From: Nemertoderma westbladi
Lineage: Eukaryota; Animalia; Xenacoelomorpha
Direction of reading: 5' to 3'
Assembly (NCBI GenBank): GCA_032718475.1
Contig: JAUCBJ010004671.1
Location: forward strand, 1-38,758
Length of the DNA: 38,758 bases
Shown here in pieces: positions 24,565 through 36,734 of this stretch. Position 1 is the first letter of the stretch; each line of letters begins with the position of its first letter. The notes beneath the pieces were generated by a model, which did not search any database, was not told where the DNA came from, and worked only from the letters and a program-made list of their open reading frames with translations. The position numbers and the translations under genes were made by a program.

Positions 24565-25386
24565 GGTGAAGATCTGGGATTCATACTTCAAGAACGCAGA
24601 AGTAGTAGATATCCGGCAACTACAGTCACAGACACCGACTTTGCGGATGACTTTGCTTACTAATACGCTAGAAGATGCACAGCTTCTACTAAATAAAGTG
24701 GAGAGGGCTGCTAAGGAGGTTGGATTGCATATAAATACTACAAAGACCGAATTCATGACCTTTAATGTTGATGGAAACTTGACAACCATTGATAATAATC
24801 AACTAAGGAAGGTCGATGACTTCCAGTACCTTGGATCATGGATAGAGAGTAGCAAAAAGGACATAGAAGTTAGGAAAGCAAAGGCTTGGGTAGCTCTATC
24901 AAAAATGGATACCATCTGGAAATCAGATCTCTCCAGGCACCTGAAGACTAAGTTCTTTCGAGCCACAGTGGAAAGTGTATTTTTATACGGGGGTGAGACC
25001 TGGACACTGACTAAATCACTTGAACAACGAATTGATGGTTGCTACACAAGACTACTAAGGGCAGCCCTAAACATCAGCTGGAGACAACACATGACAAACG
25101 CCGAACTTTATGGTACAATACCACCTGTATCAACCACCCTCTGTGAACGCAGATTAAGATTCAGTGGGCACTGCTGGCGAAGTAAAGACGAGGTCATACC
25201 AGATCTACTTCTCTGGCAACCAACTCATGGAAAGCGTAGTCGTGGACGACCGGCCATAACATATATAGCTCAACTTGAAAGGGATACTGAACTTGGGAGA
25301 AACGAAGTTGCGATAACTATGGAGAATCGGGAAGCCTGGAAGGATCTCATTTCCACTGTCCGAGTTCGCTCGACCTAGTAGTAGTA
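24565..25386 (+). mobile_element. RTE-clade LINE (family B), 5'-truncated, with 9-bp TSD
   Basis: TDFADD (shifted frame), GLHINTTKTE, FQYLGSWI, LYGGETW, RRLRFSGHC, RGRP; (TAG)n tail; GTTTATTGT at 24556-24564 and 25387-25395. Confidence 0.92.
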
Positions 25387-25648
25387 GTTTATTGTTAATT
25401 TGAGCATATTGGAAGTACTACTAGCGTAGTGTATGCATTTAAAGCCAATTTTTAGGATGAGTTCCAATACAACATGGTTATTTAATTATTATTTCTCAGT
25501 TAAATAGTATGTATCATTTTATAGTATTTTTAATTTTATAACGAAGAAAAATGCCTAATGAAATTATACTGATACAAGCTATATTATGTAATAATTTATA
25601 TTGACATTTGAGTTATTTATAATAGGTGGAGGAAATGTACGCGGGTAA

Positions 25649-27370
25649 TTAGAATTCCTCATCAAACCAAAGTTTTGTCCCTGAGCCTCCAACACCTATG
25701 GGCGGCGACCCTCCAACACCTGGATATCCTGGACCTCCAACACCTGCAAAGGCCGACCCTCGAACAACTTGAAACCTGGAAACTCCAACACCTGTGAAGG
25801 CTGACCCTTCAACACCACGAAATCTTTGACTTCCAACACCTGGGTATGCTTGACTCCTAACACCTGTGTATCCTTGATTTTCAACACCTGGGTATCCTTG
25901 ACTTCCAACACCTGGGTATGCTTGACTCCCAACACCTGGGTATCCTTGACTTCTGACACCTGGGTATCCTTGACTTCCAACACCTGGGTATCCTCGACTT
26001 CCGACACTTGGGTATCCTTGACTTCCGACACCTGGGTATCCTTGACTTCCGACACCTGGGTATCCTCGAGTTCCAACACCTTCCAAAGCTAGGCCAACAC
26101 CTGTTAAGGCTGACCCTCCAACACCATGGAAACCTTGTCTTCCAACTCCTTGTAAACCAGGATCTCCAGCACCAGTGAATGCCCTGAAACCTGGTTTGAG
26201 AAATTGTCCTCCACCCAAATGTCCAACACTCTCTACTTCTTCAAGAGCCGCGACAAGCAATTCATCATCATCATTGGCAATGACATGTATATCAATTTCA
26301 GGAGCAAAGTTGTCGATATTGTCTATTCTACATTTTTTTGAGAAGACAGATGACAAGCTGCCAAACATTTCTTTGTTTTTAATCTCAGAGTATTTAGGGG
26401 CATATGCCCTAATGCTTCCTTCGTTCTTGTGCGCGGTCAAAGTGCAAATGTGTAATGTAGGTGGCATGAATGCAGTGGTTGGTGTATTTTTGGCTAAGCT
26501 AACACATAGATTGGTCATAAATCCAGCTAATGTGTTGCGTCCATCAATCCTTCCTTCATACCACATTTTGTCTCTCACTTGTGGTTTCTGGCGTGGCTTC
26601 TGCCACAAACAAGCACTTTGAGAACTTAACTTTGATACATATAACTCATATGAGTGTAGCGGGCATTGATCATCATCAGGGTTTTCATACAGCCGCCCTT
26701 TGTTTGTAATAGCTGTGTCATAGGGGCCATGATTATTATTAAGCTCATCCACTGCTTGTTCTAAATAGCGCAATCAAGCGGAATGGTCTACTTGAATAGC
26801 AAAAGTGCTTTTAGTCATTCCATAGACAAAATAAATTTTTCCCCCTGCAACAAAAGAAATATAGTTTATAGAACAATACACATTGCTGAAGCTTCTTAGG
26901 TTCGCAAAGAGTTTTATCTATTTTGAAGTATTCCTTAATCTTGATAAGATCTTCTTCAATGATTTGCCTCTTATTAATTATAACGGCCTTTCCTTGCTTT
27001 TTTTGTTTCTACACTCATTACCGTAAAGATCAGGTTAGCTCGACTAAACTCACTATTGGTAACTATATCAATATTGCGCTCGATTTTGAAATGTCTATTT
27101 AAAGATGCATGGATGGCTTTCAGTGAGGTGAGTTTGTAAAAATAATTATCTTCCTTTCGAATACTTGAATAATTTCAAAGAGCAAACTAGGTACAGTAGA
27201 TCGTCATTGCTCAATGATGAAAGACCTCCTTTACCAGTTTCTTTCAGATACGATTGTTGTATCGCTACATGAGAACTCGTAGCAAGTTTGGTATTTTTGC
27301 TAATTCTATTATCTATTAAATAATTATGTCTTTCAACAGAAACACTTTGAAATCTGTTTGTATAAGACAT
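25649..27370 (-). mobile_element. Crypton-type tyrosine recombinase (DUF3504-like), degenerate
   Basis: N-terminal RF..VS..SKNTK..T; FCCRGKNL; CPLHSYELYVSKL; LWQKPR; WY..GRNTL..FM; shifted-frame YTNHCIHAT; AHKNEGSIRAY with the catalytic Tyr. It carries frameshifts and stops. Confidence 0.85.
25690..26195 (-). repeat. 24-bp minisatellite encoding (GVGSQGYP)n in frame with the recombinase C-terminus
   Basis: Unit CCAACACCTGGGTATCCTTGACTT on the + strand, about 20 units, homogeneous in the centre and degenerate at the edges. Confidence 0.95.
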
Positions 27371-27519
27371 TTATATTTGTCTTTGCATTATTATTATACC
27401 ATAGCTTAGGCCACTACATTGATTTGTATTAAATATAATGTAATGTATATTTATTTTCTAGAATCCCGTATCAGAGCAATTTATAAGAAAAGAGTAATTT
27501 AGGAAAAAATGGTACAATG

Positions 27520-28100
27520 ATACAAAAATGGAAAAAATTTGTAATGATTCCATTGAATTCAGAACACTCACAAACCCATATAACGCAAGAAACAAGATGA
27601 CACAATCAATTGATTTGATGGTTTTCAAAATTTGGTGCTAGCACCAAATTTTGCACCCACTTCCGAAAAATAGAAGTTTGAGATATCTAGTTCGATAATT
27701 ATATATTCCATTGAATTCAGAACAGCCATAAACCTCTAAAACGCAAGAAATAAATTGTCACAAGCAATTTTAACTAATGAATAGATTTTCAAAATTTTGT
27801 GCTAGCACCAAAAGTCGCACACAGCACAGAAAAATACAAGCTTGATACGCTTGGTGCAACTCGTATATATTCCATCGAAACCAGAACCCAAAAAAACCCC
27901 TATTGCGTAAAAAACAAGTTCAAACAATCAATTTACAAAATTGACATATTTCAAAATTTGGTGCTGGCACCAGCCGAAAAAAAATAGATTGAAATTTCTA
28001 AATTAATTTATATGAATTCCATCTAATTTCTAACACCAAAAACCGGTGTACATCGAAAATAGAGATGTTACAAATAATATTTCATGAAATGTAATATTCA
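27520..28100. repeat. Imperfect ~150-160 bp tandem repeat (4 units)
   Basis: ATTCCAT.GAA..CAGAAAC-like motif at ~27547, 27705, 27870 and 28016; palindrome TGGTGCTAGCACCA variants at ~27633, 27798 and 27960. Confidence 0.7.
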
Positions 28101-29410
28101 AAAAATGTCTCAAAAAAAGTGCGTGGAAAAGTAGAGTTAAAAAATGGTGCTATAACTCGAAAACTACCCAATATTTTGAAAAAGGTTTTCTTTTAAAATG
28201 TAGACTTGTGCCGGACTTCACATTTTCTGCGATATCTCAAGAACTATTCGCTCTATGTTTGTTTTGAAGGTGTCTACCCCCACTAAATCGGCCATTGCGG
28301 TTCTAATGAGCATAATATGAATGCAGTAGGAGAACTCAAAGTTGGTCATCGCGAAAATTGAGAATAATCATCACTTGCGCCAAATGGTAGGTTCTGGCCA
28401 CGTTCCTGTGGCACTAGTTCCCTTGATCCAAAAATTAAAATTTTGGTATCTAACTAAGTTTGGACCCATTTGATGACATTTGATGCATGCAGGAAGTTCT
28501 TTTTTGAGTCATTGATCTTTCATCAATGTGTTATATTGTTATAAATTTCATTATGGTGCATCGCGATGGCACAAAATTTCAACCCTCTTGGGATCCGTGA
28601 AGATATAGACGAAATTTAAAGAAATTTTTTTTGCCTTATTTTTTTACCATTTGGCAACTTTTGTGCACCGGTAGAACAATGAAATCGAAAAAAAGTTAAA
28701 AACGCACCACCCTACTACACATACCTTTAAAAAAACGACCAAAAACGCTGGTCCCATGAAAACCATGGATAACTAAAGGACTTCTCTGAATAATATCAAT
28801 CTCTACAGTTTCTACCAAAAAAACGCAACAACAGATACTTATTCTAACTTTCAATTACATCACAAACCAAACTCCTACATTATGTATATTTGAGAAAAAT
28901 TATATTTCAATAAGTTTATGGAATATATGAATATGAACCAAACCAGAACGAAAGTAATAAACTCTGCACTTACAAAAAAAACACAAATTAACCAAAAAAG
29001 ATACTAATCAGTGCTAATAAGCTGGTTTAAACGTATTGTATATTATCATAAGTATATATGTTGATAATTGTATTGCACTGCATAATATAAACAACGAAAG
29101 GATTTGGCAAACAAGACAGGCTTATATTAATGCCGCCTCCTTTCGTTGATGTTAATAATTTCGTTAATAATTGGTATAAAGGGCGAAATTATAGAATTAG
29201 AATCACAAAGCTAACATTAAGAATTAAAAAAACAGTGGGTGATGGAAACGACATATGTTCTAATAACTAATCAACGATACCAGATGACCCCCAATAATAC
29301 AAGTACACCCCCCCCCCCCCCCCCCCCCATTGTATTCGTTCACCTCAGTCCCTTCTGAAATAGCAACTATTTTCAATAAATATTATTCTTATAATATTAG
29401 TCTAATTATG

Positions 29411-29674
29411 TTAAGCAGCAGCTTGGTCTAGTGGTGACATTACTGGGCTTCCGATTAGGGAGCCCTGGTTCGATCCCTAGATGGGGCAGCACTGTTTGGG
29501 CACAGTGCTTTAAATGCTGCAGCCTAGCCCAACCCCGGCTTTCATCCTTCAGTGGTCGATAAATGGGAACCAAGGCAACTTGGGAAACAGAGTGGAAGGT
29601 TTTACTATGGAAGATCACCCATGGTGGTGAACAGGCATTCCTTGGCTTAACGAGCCTAAAAGATTCTCCCATTC
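29411..29674 (+). mobile_element. Full-length tRNA-derived SINE with 15-bp TSD
   Basis: A box TGGTCTAGTGG, B box GGTTCGATCCC, Deu/Nin-like GCTTTCATCCTTCAGTGGTCGATAAATG; ATTAGTCTAATTATG at 29396-29410 and 29675-29689. Confidence 0.9.
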
Positions 29675-29692
29675 ATTAGTCTAATTATGCTT

Positions 29693-29960
29693 CTTAGGCC
29701 AATTTCCATTCTTCCAATTTTCGGAAAAATATTTGAAATACTCATATTTGATCAACTCTTATTTTACAAGCAATATCAAATTAAATCCCGAGCAGTGATT
29801 TCTAAAAACCGCTCTACTTGACATGCACTACTTGACCTAATTAAAAGAACCCTTGAAGCCCCCAACAATAAGAAACACTCACTACTACTGGTTGTATACC
29901 TAGACCTACATAAGGCTTTCGATACAATTGACCATAAAATTTGTTGAAAGAAACTATGTA
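29693..29960 (+). mobile_element. CR1-group LINE RT fragment
   Basis: RPISILPIFGKIFE ... ST.HALLDL ... VYLDLHKAFDTIDHKI, decayed. Confidence 0.8.
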
Positions 29961-30051
29961 CACCCATATATCAGCTATTATTCAGGAAATTTATATGCGT
30001 TACTTCTTATCATTTCATAACCAGCCGCAACACTATTCATATTTCATTTTT

Positions 30052-31307
30052 TGTTAGCGGATCCAATTAGCTGCACCACCCAGCAGAAAATGGGGAAAGT
30101 CACGATTTACCAATTATGATCGGCTATGTGATATTAGCAGTATAATATCACATACCGACACACCGGGGCAATATACATTGCTAGCCAGGGGGAGAGATGC
30201 CAGCTCATCTCAGGACAGAAGCTAGCATAAGGGTCAAAGGGGAATGATGGGTTTGGCCACAGAGAAAGTAGATCAACCAATGGTAGGGCAATTTACCATC
30301 AAGTATAAGGCATCCATTGGCCAGGCCAAACGTAGGTAGCAATATCCCATGTGTAATTATAATATAACCGTTACCTTTATTGATTGTGCCTTCAGTTGGT
30401 TATGTAGAGCATACTAGTACTACTACTACTACTAGGATCGGCATGCTGCATTGCAGCTGCATTTTTAAGAATGCTGTGCCGGCTTATCGACAAAATTGCA
30501 CCGCCACAACTCCCTATCACCCATGACATTTGCTAGATCATCCGCATCTTCAAGGCCAATGTCCTTTAAGATGCGTCTCAAGAAAGTCTTGGGCTGTCCA
30601 CCGTGCTAATTCACTCCATGAGGCTGCCAAAGTACAAGATTATGCACTGGCTGGTCCTCACGGCGAAAGCAATGTCCTGCAAAGCGGAGGCGATTTTGTT
30701 CTAGTGTAAAGCTTGGGGGAACCAATGAGACACCTCCAATGTTATATAGTGTCTGGTTGGAGATGTGTGCATTGTCTTGACACAATGAACCCGGCGTAGC
30801 ATTCTTGTGAATGTGCCATCCAGAGATTTGGTGTCCTCAGCAGTTAGAGCCCAGCATGGACTCCCATAGAGGAGTACTGGAACTGAACCACTGCTGCTCT
30901 AAATAATTGGACCTTAAGTTTTCGATTAATTCTCGGTGACTTCCAAATCCTGGAAAGCCTATTCAAGGCTGCCCATGCCTTTCCCTTACGTATTCGGAGA
31001 TCCTCACCAGATCCATGATCCCAGGTAACAGAAGTCATCGACATGCTCAAGCATGCCATCTTTTATAGTAGAGCATAGAAGTCAGACGGTTTTCAACTGT
31101 CGCCATTACTGCTTATTGTGCTGTATTACCGGTACATTGCCATATCTGAAATTATATCAACATTCAGTCATTAACTTGAACTCAGTTTATTGTACCGGCC
31201 TTTGGCCTTTCAGCCCCAAGCCTTCAGCCATTAACACGCGCGACGCGTATCTAAACCACGACAAAACCCAGTCGGGATTCCCTCGCCAACTCGGGGATCC
31301 CATCACA
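30052..31307 (+). mobile_element. Solo LTR (TG...CA, 5-bp TSD) interrupted by an RTE LINE
   Basis: TGTTAG start, CATCACA end, TTTTT on both flanks. Homologous to but clearly diverged from the LTR at 17210. Confidence 0.8.
30414..31067 (-). mobile_element. RTE LINE family A, 5'-truncated, with 10-bp TSD
   Basis: Reverse complement of ~8065-8700, with a (CTA)n tail; GTAGAGCATA at 30404-30413 and 31068-31077. Confidence 0.93.
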
Positions 31308-31504
31308 TTTTTGTATAAAAAAAAATATATATACTCCACCTATTGATGCCACACTAGGTCTACCCATTAATTAGTAATGGAGTGTTATTCATCATGCACT
31401 TTATTATTATTGCAACTACTAGGTAATGTATTGACATTTTTTTTCACATTTTTTGTTCATTTTAGTTATGATAGCAAAAGGTAATACATTTTACTTTATT
31501 ATAG

Positions 31505-32151
31505 ATCTCTATGAAATAGAAGCTTACTGGCCATTAAACATAGAGTATGGGGCGAAGGACACGATGGGAAATCAGAATGGTATCATCAAAATAAGTCCAA
31601 CATTAGTTCCAGGGCCATCCGGATTAGATAACCAGGCAATGAAATTCGATAGCGGATATGTTTCAGTACAACATGGTATAGAGTTACTATCAGAAACATT
31701 TACTATTGTCGCTTTTGTTAAACCTATGAAAAATACAGATGGTCCGATATTGGAATATGGAAATCCTTCAGCCATCGGTTCATATTTTTGGTTAGATCAA
31801 GAAGCAAGATCCTTACTCTATAACCCAAACAATGGAGTATCATCTACATTTACACTGGATAATGCTGTAGAAATTAATGAATGGTATATGGTGGCTGTTG
31901 GAGTCAATGCAATACACAAAAAGGTGATGTTGTACAGTCGAAAAGTAGGAAATGTTGAACATCAGATATTGGAGTTTGATACAACATCAACAGCTCGAGG
32001 TACAGCAGATACTAATAACACTCTGAATATAGGGAAACGTGAAGGTACTGGCAAAAATGGATTTAAAGGATACATCGCTCATGTCCACTATTATAGTTAT
32101 TATATCACAAATGTAAATATGAATATTATTTATGATGAGAGTATAAAATAA
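31505..32151 (+). CDS. LamG/ConA-like domain exon 4 (terminal coding exon)
   Basis: Acceptor ttactttattatAG (31504), phase 1, open frame to TAA at 32149-32151, no donor at the homologous position. Confidence 0.85.
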
Positions 32152-32191
32152 GATCTACTAATTTGAAACGAGTGTTTTTTCAACTGTTTCA

Positions 32192-32197
32192 AATAAA
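32192..32197 (+). promoter_or_regulatory. Candidate polyadenylation signal
   Basis: AATAAA 40 nt after the stop, followed by T-rich sequence. Evidence is weak in AT-rich DNA, and another candidate lies at 33041. Confidence 0.35.
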
Positions 32198-33596
32198 GCA
32201 AACTAACAAATCCAAATCTCTGATTGTTTTTTTCTGCATCTTATATTGTATATAATATATACCCTACATGTAAATATATTTCTTGGTCTGCATGCTAATT
32301 TCCTTGATTTGTAAAAATAATGGTTTTTGGTTTTTTGGTTTTTTAAGCTAGCATATATTATAGTAAATTGTTAAAACTCAATACTTTGTATTACTTTTGA
32401 TAGGCATACACATTTCTAACCCGCCAAGTCCCAGGTTGTCTGTATCCTTGGGATACCTTTGGCTGACATCCAGTTAATATTTTATCTCTTTGCAAATGAA
32501 CCGTTTGTAATACTGGGCATTTATATTTACATTTGTATTATTATTATTATTTTCTACACTTAATATTTATATGTTTGTATATGCTTCATGACTGTAAGAT
32601 GATTTCTGCCTATGTATTGTCCCTATGATCGTTATTCCTTGCATACTGACTGGTACGCGGATCCTGATTGTTCCTTTCTCTTTCTCCAATCAATGCCTGA
32701 TAGATTACTGAGGTAGGACACAAATACAGCACAGCAATCGTGAGTCATATATACCATTCATTGATATGAAAGTAGGCCCTAAATCCATAGATATCTTAAG
32801 TGAATGTGTAATTTTTATTTCATTATAATTAACTACGGTATAGGTATGAATTACAATTAAGCAAATAAGTGGTTTTTTTTTAAACTTCTGGATTGTGTTA
32901 CTTTCTTTAGTTTGTGCCTTTTCTGCTTTTTCTTGTACTTATCTACATTAATTATATTTACTTAAACGGTTTACTTATGTTCTAATTTTCTGCGGTGTTA
33001 TGTGCATTATTCCATATATGTGATTATTTGATTTGATGCCAATAAATATATATTTAACACATTATTATTAAAATTATTGATTAACTTCTTTTATAAAAGA
33101 ATATATATATAATATGTATAAATATAATCTTGGGTTGAATGAAGTATATTTTTACAGAGCAATATCAAGTAATTAAAATAAAGTATGGTATTTCAGTCAA
33201 AATGACTTATTCATGTATTCAAAGTAATTTTCTAGAACAAATAAATAATTGAAATATAAATAAATGGGTAACAATTAAAATATACAGTTTTAATCTTCTT
33301 GAAGAAAACCTGTGTAGCCATGTAAACCAATGCCAATGGCCGGTAAGCCAATGGAACCAAATATAACCGAGAGAAACCTGCCTCAATATTAGATTATAAC
33401 AACAACAATTCCATTGGATAAGGAAATGGAGGAAAGCCGGACTTTTAATCTAATTTATATTACGCGATCAATTCTCACTCGCTATGAACCTAACATCATC
33501 TAATTTGGGGTGGCATTCAATTAGTGGCCTTATTATATTGCTATATTATATCAATTACTTTTATTTAAAAATTGAAATATTAATATTATGTATGCA

Positions 33597-33700
33597 ATTA
33601 TGTGCGCACTAGATACTAAGTTGTGCGCACTAGGTACTAAGTTGTGCGCACAACTTAGGAAAAAATATATTTTCCCAAATATCCCTTTAGGGGCTCCGTA
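33597..33700. mobile_element. DNA-transposon terminus fragment with 21-bp subterminal repeats
   Basis: TGTGCGCACTAG.TACTAAGT x2.5, followed by CCCTTTAGGGGCTCCGTA. The RTA end is reminiscent of IS3EU-type non-autonomous elements (recalled, unverified). Confidence 0.55.
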
Positions 33701-35168
33701 CAAAACAGCGTTCAAAGTACGACCAAATATCGTTTTATAATTCGTATGGAACGTTCACGAATTTAGTTCAAATAACGTTCGCTGTTAAATTAAATGAACG
33801 TTCAACATAATGTTTGTGTATCGTTTAAATTACGTTCAAATCTTACCAAAATATGAACCGTTCAAATTCGGTACATATAAAAACGTACATATTTTATTGA
33901 TAATAACAATGAAATTGAACGTATATTAAACCATTTTTTTTTATTTCAATGAACTTCTCGTTTATATCTCTATGTCCGTCCGTCCATTTATTAATGATTC
34001 CAATTATAATTATTAAATGTTCCCTTGAGTTAATTGCAACTGGATCTAGAGGTATATACAACACTATCTACATAGATAGTTATCATGTTTTTGGTTTGGA
34101 ATGCTCTATGTAGTTAGATTAACTCTGAATACTGAACCCCAACCCGAATTTGCAATCCCACCCAGTACCCCACTGTTTCGTATTTCTGTTATATTTAAAT
34201 TTGCAGTTCTATCTATATATAATCGGCATGCTGTGTTACAGCTAACATTAAAGAAAGCTACTGTATGCCGGTTTTGCAGTTACACCCATTTGAATTTTGA
34301 AGTACAACAACAAACACTACGCCAAAACAATAAATGAATCAGGAACTAAAGTGTAACTGTAAATACACCATAATATTGGAAATTTTATGAAATACAAAAT
34401 CTTTCATAGTTGCTTCATTGCGTGTGCCATTTCCTTATTTATATTAGATTATATCAGAATTTGCGAAATAACTTAAACGAAGTTTGTTATAATTGATAGT
34501 TCAGCAATGTATATATTTATCAAACAATGATACAACAAACAAGTCAGTTTACTCCAAAGTTTATTTTCCACACTAAGGGGAGGACCTATATATCCGCCAA
34601 GAGGTGTAACGAATAACCATGACATCTGTGAACTTCTCCCCCCTCCAGCCAATAGAACAGGCCCGCACTTCATTCAAACCTTAACTTTCCCATTGTCTCC
34701 TTTGCAGTTGCTCCCCACAACACGAGATCTCTTCACAGCTTGAATAATCAATCGTCTTAGATATCTGAAAAATATAATTTGAATAAATCATAATCACATT
34801 TCAGTCTTATGAGTCTTATGGTCTGAAATAAATTATTAAGGGGGGGGGGGGGGGGGGGGGGGTGTAGCACACCCCCTATTTTGGAAATTGACAAAAAAAC
34901 TTTTTTATTCTATCAAGTGCCGAATTTAATGGAGATTTGAAATCTGCAAGCAGTTTTCTCACATCTTTTCTCAAACTCAAGAAAATCAGAAAATGTAAAG
35001 CCAGGGCACAGTGTTTACTGTTCAGTCTACTACTGTATAACTGTAGAGGCCTACCTACCTACACGTCTTCCATACATGCTTAGATTATTGAGTAGAGTAC
35101 CATAAAGTAGAGTAGAGTACTGTACCTTAGAAGCATGTTCTTTTTATTGGCTCAACATTCAGTAGAAA

Positions 35169-36130
35169 ATGGAGGGCTGTGAACGCGATTTAATTACTCA
35201 TTATTTCAATTCGGTTTTAGTTATAATTAAATTTTCAGCATGTTAAACTTCAATCAGATGAACCTTAGTTACCGAACATTATTACAGCGACTACACAGCT
35301 ACAAATTGCGAAGACGCCATTGCGATAATTCCACATTAAATTCCAGAATATTAGTGCAGGAAGCTATATGGTATCGAATAGCAAGAATGGTACGTCCTGG
35401 ACCAGAATCCGTATCTGGCTACCGCAGTGTGTGGCACACCTTACAATTAGACGGATTTCGTGTATCTAGAAGCACCGTAGAAGAGTTTTTAAGAGAGATT
35501 GACTCTGATGGGTGTGAGATAAGGCGGCGTCATCGAATTAACGGATAATATATTACAATAAATTGTGGGCCAAATTATGTGTGGCATATAGATGGCTACG
35601 ATAATTTAAAGCCATGGGGCTTTCCGATACATGGCTGTATTGACGGCTTTAGCAGAAAAATATTGTGGTTGGAGGTGACGAAATCTAACAACTCTCCTGA
35701 CAATATCGCTCGTGTAAGTATTTGAACTGCTTTAATGATCATGGCTGTCCGAAGAATCTTGTGTCGGATTTAGGCACTGAAAACTGCATATCCGCCGATG
35801 CCCATGGCCGACGCCGACGCCAAACAGGTAAACTATAATTATTATAGCATTTTTAACATAATCATAAACCTGTTAACATTATTTATTGTATATATATTGT
35901 AATAATTGTGGGTGGGGGGGGGGGGGTGGTTAGTACAGAGTCAAAATTTCGAAATTGTGACCCTAGTGATTTTAGTAAAATTAGTATTTTAATGTATATA
36001 ATTAATTATATATCAATCAGCAGTAGGCCTATATTATTTATAAAATTTATATTGTGATTAAAATTAATTATACTAATATTGCATTGTTCTCAACGGAATC
36101 AACATTGAAGGTTGGTGGTCGTTTTATTCA
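35169..36130 (+). pseudogene. DDE integrase/transposase, IS3EU-like
   Basis: GYRSVWHTL, GPNYVWHIDGYDNLKPWGFPIHGCIDGFSRKILWLEV, SDLGTEN, and downstream NQ..IEGWWSF (~36095-36125). All three D/D/E regions are visible, with frameshifts. Confidence 0.85.
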
Positions 36131-36734
36131 AGTTTCATTAAATACACATCGTTTGTAAAACAGACCACAGGGTCTTCTACACGGGGGGGGGGGGGGGGGG
36201 GGGGGCAGCTGTAAGGGCGGCTGTAAGGCTTCTTCTTACGGCACTGTGGCCCTGTGGCAAATATGGTCCTTTGAGAGATTTCGCGCTTGTTTAAAACATA
36301 TTATTTATCTGTTGTTGAGATAGAACATTTATTTATACAAAACAAAACCCGCTGACCCAATGAATACGAAAATTAATATGCAAAAATTATTAAATTGTAC
36401 ACGCAGAACCTCAGATGCAAAAACTACATCTCGTTTCGTAAAAAAATTTACAAAACGCTGTGAAAGAACTTCACATAAAGAACTTCAGACTTCACCTAAC
36501 ATAATATTAGCACTAAAAACAATCACAAGCATATGTAATTCCATATACTGTAATACTGTCATGGCCCGGTCATTACAGAAAAATATGCGACATGACTTGC
36601 TCTACAGTTATATATGATATTTTAATATCATATTACAAGGATATTTCAAGGATTTAACGATTATAACAACTACTGTGTACATAGTTACCAATACTACGAT
36701 ATATTGTTTCAGTTAATACCTTTGCAAGATTAGT

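Noticed and set aside
25690-26195. CRISPR-like array or separate repeat-protein ORFs in alternative frames
   Set aside because: The 24-bp units are contiguous with no spacers and the context is eukaryotic. The overlapping ORFs are by-products of a stop-poor repeat.
17210-31307. One 14-kb full-length LTR element bounded by the two LTRs
   Set aside because: The LTRs are too diverged, and the right one has its own TSD on both sides.
33684-33700. Left terminus of the integrase/HECT element
   Set aside because: Its subterminal repeats lie to the left, so it faces away from the integrase. No partner end was found in the window.
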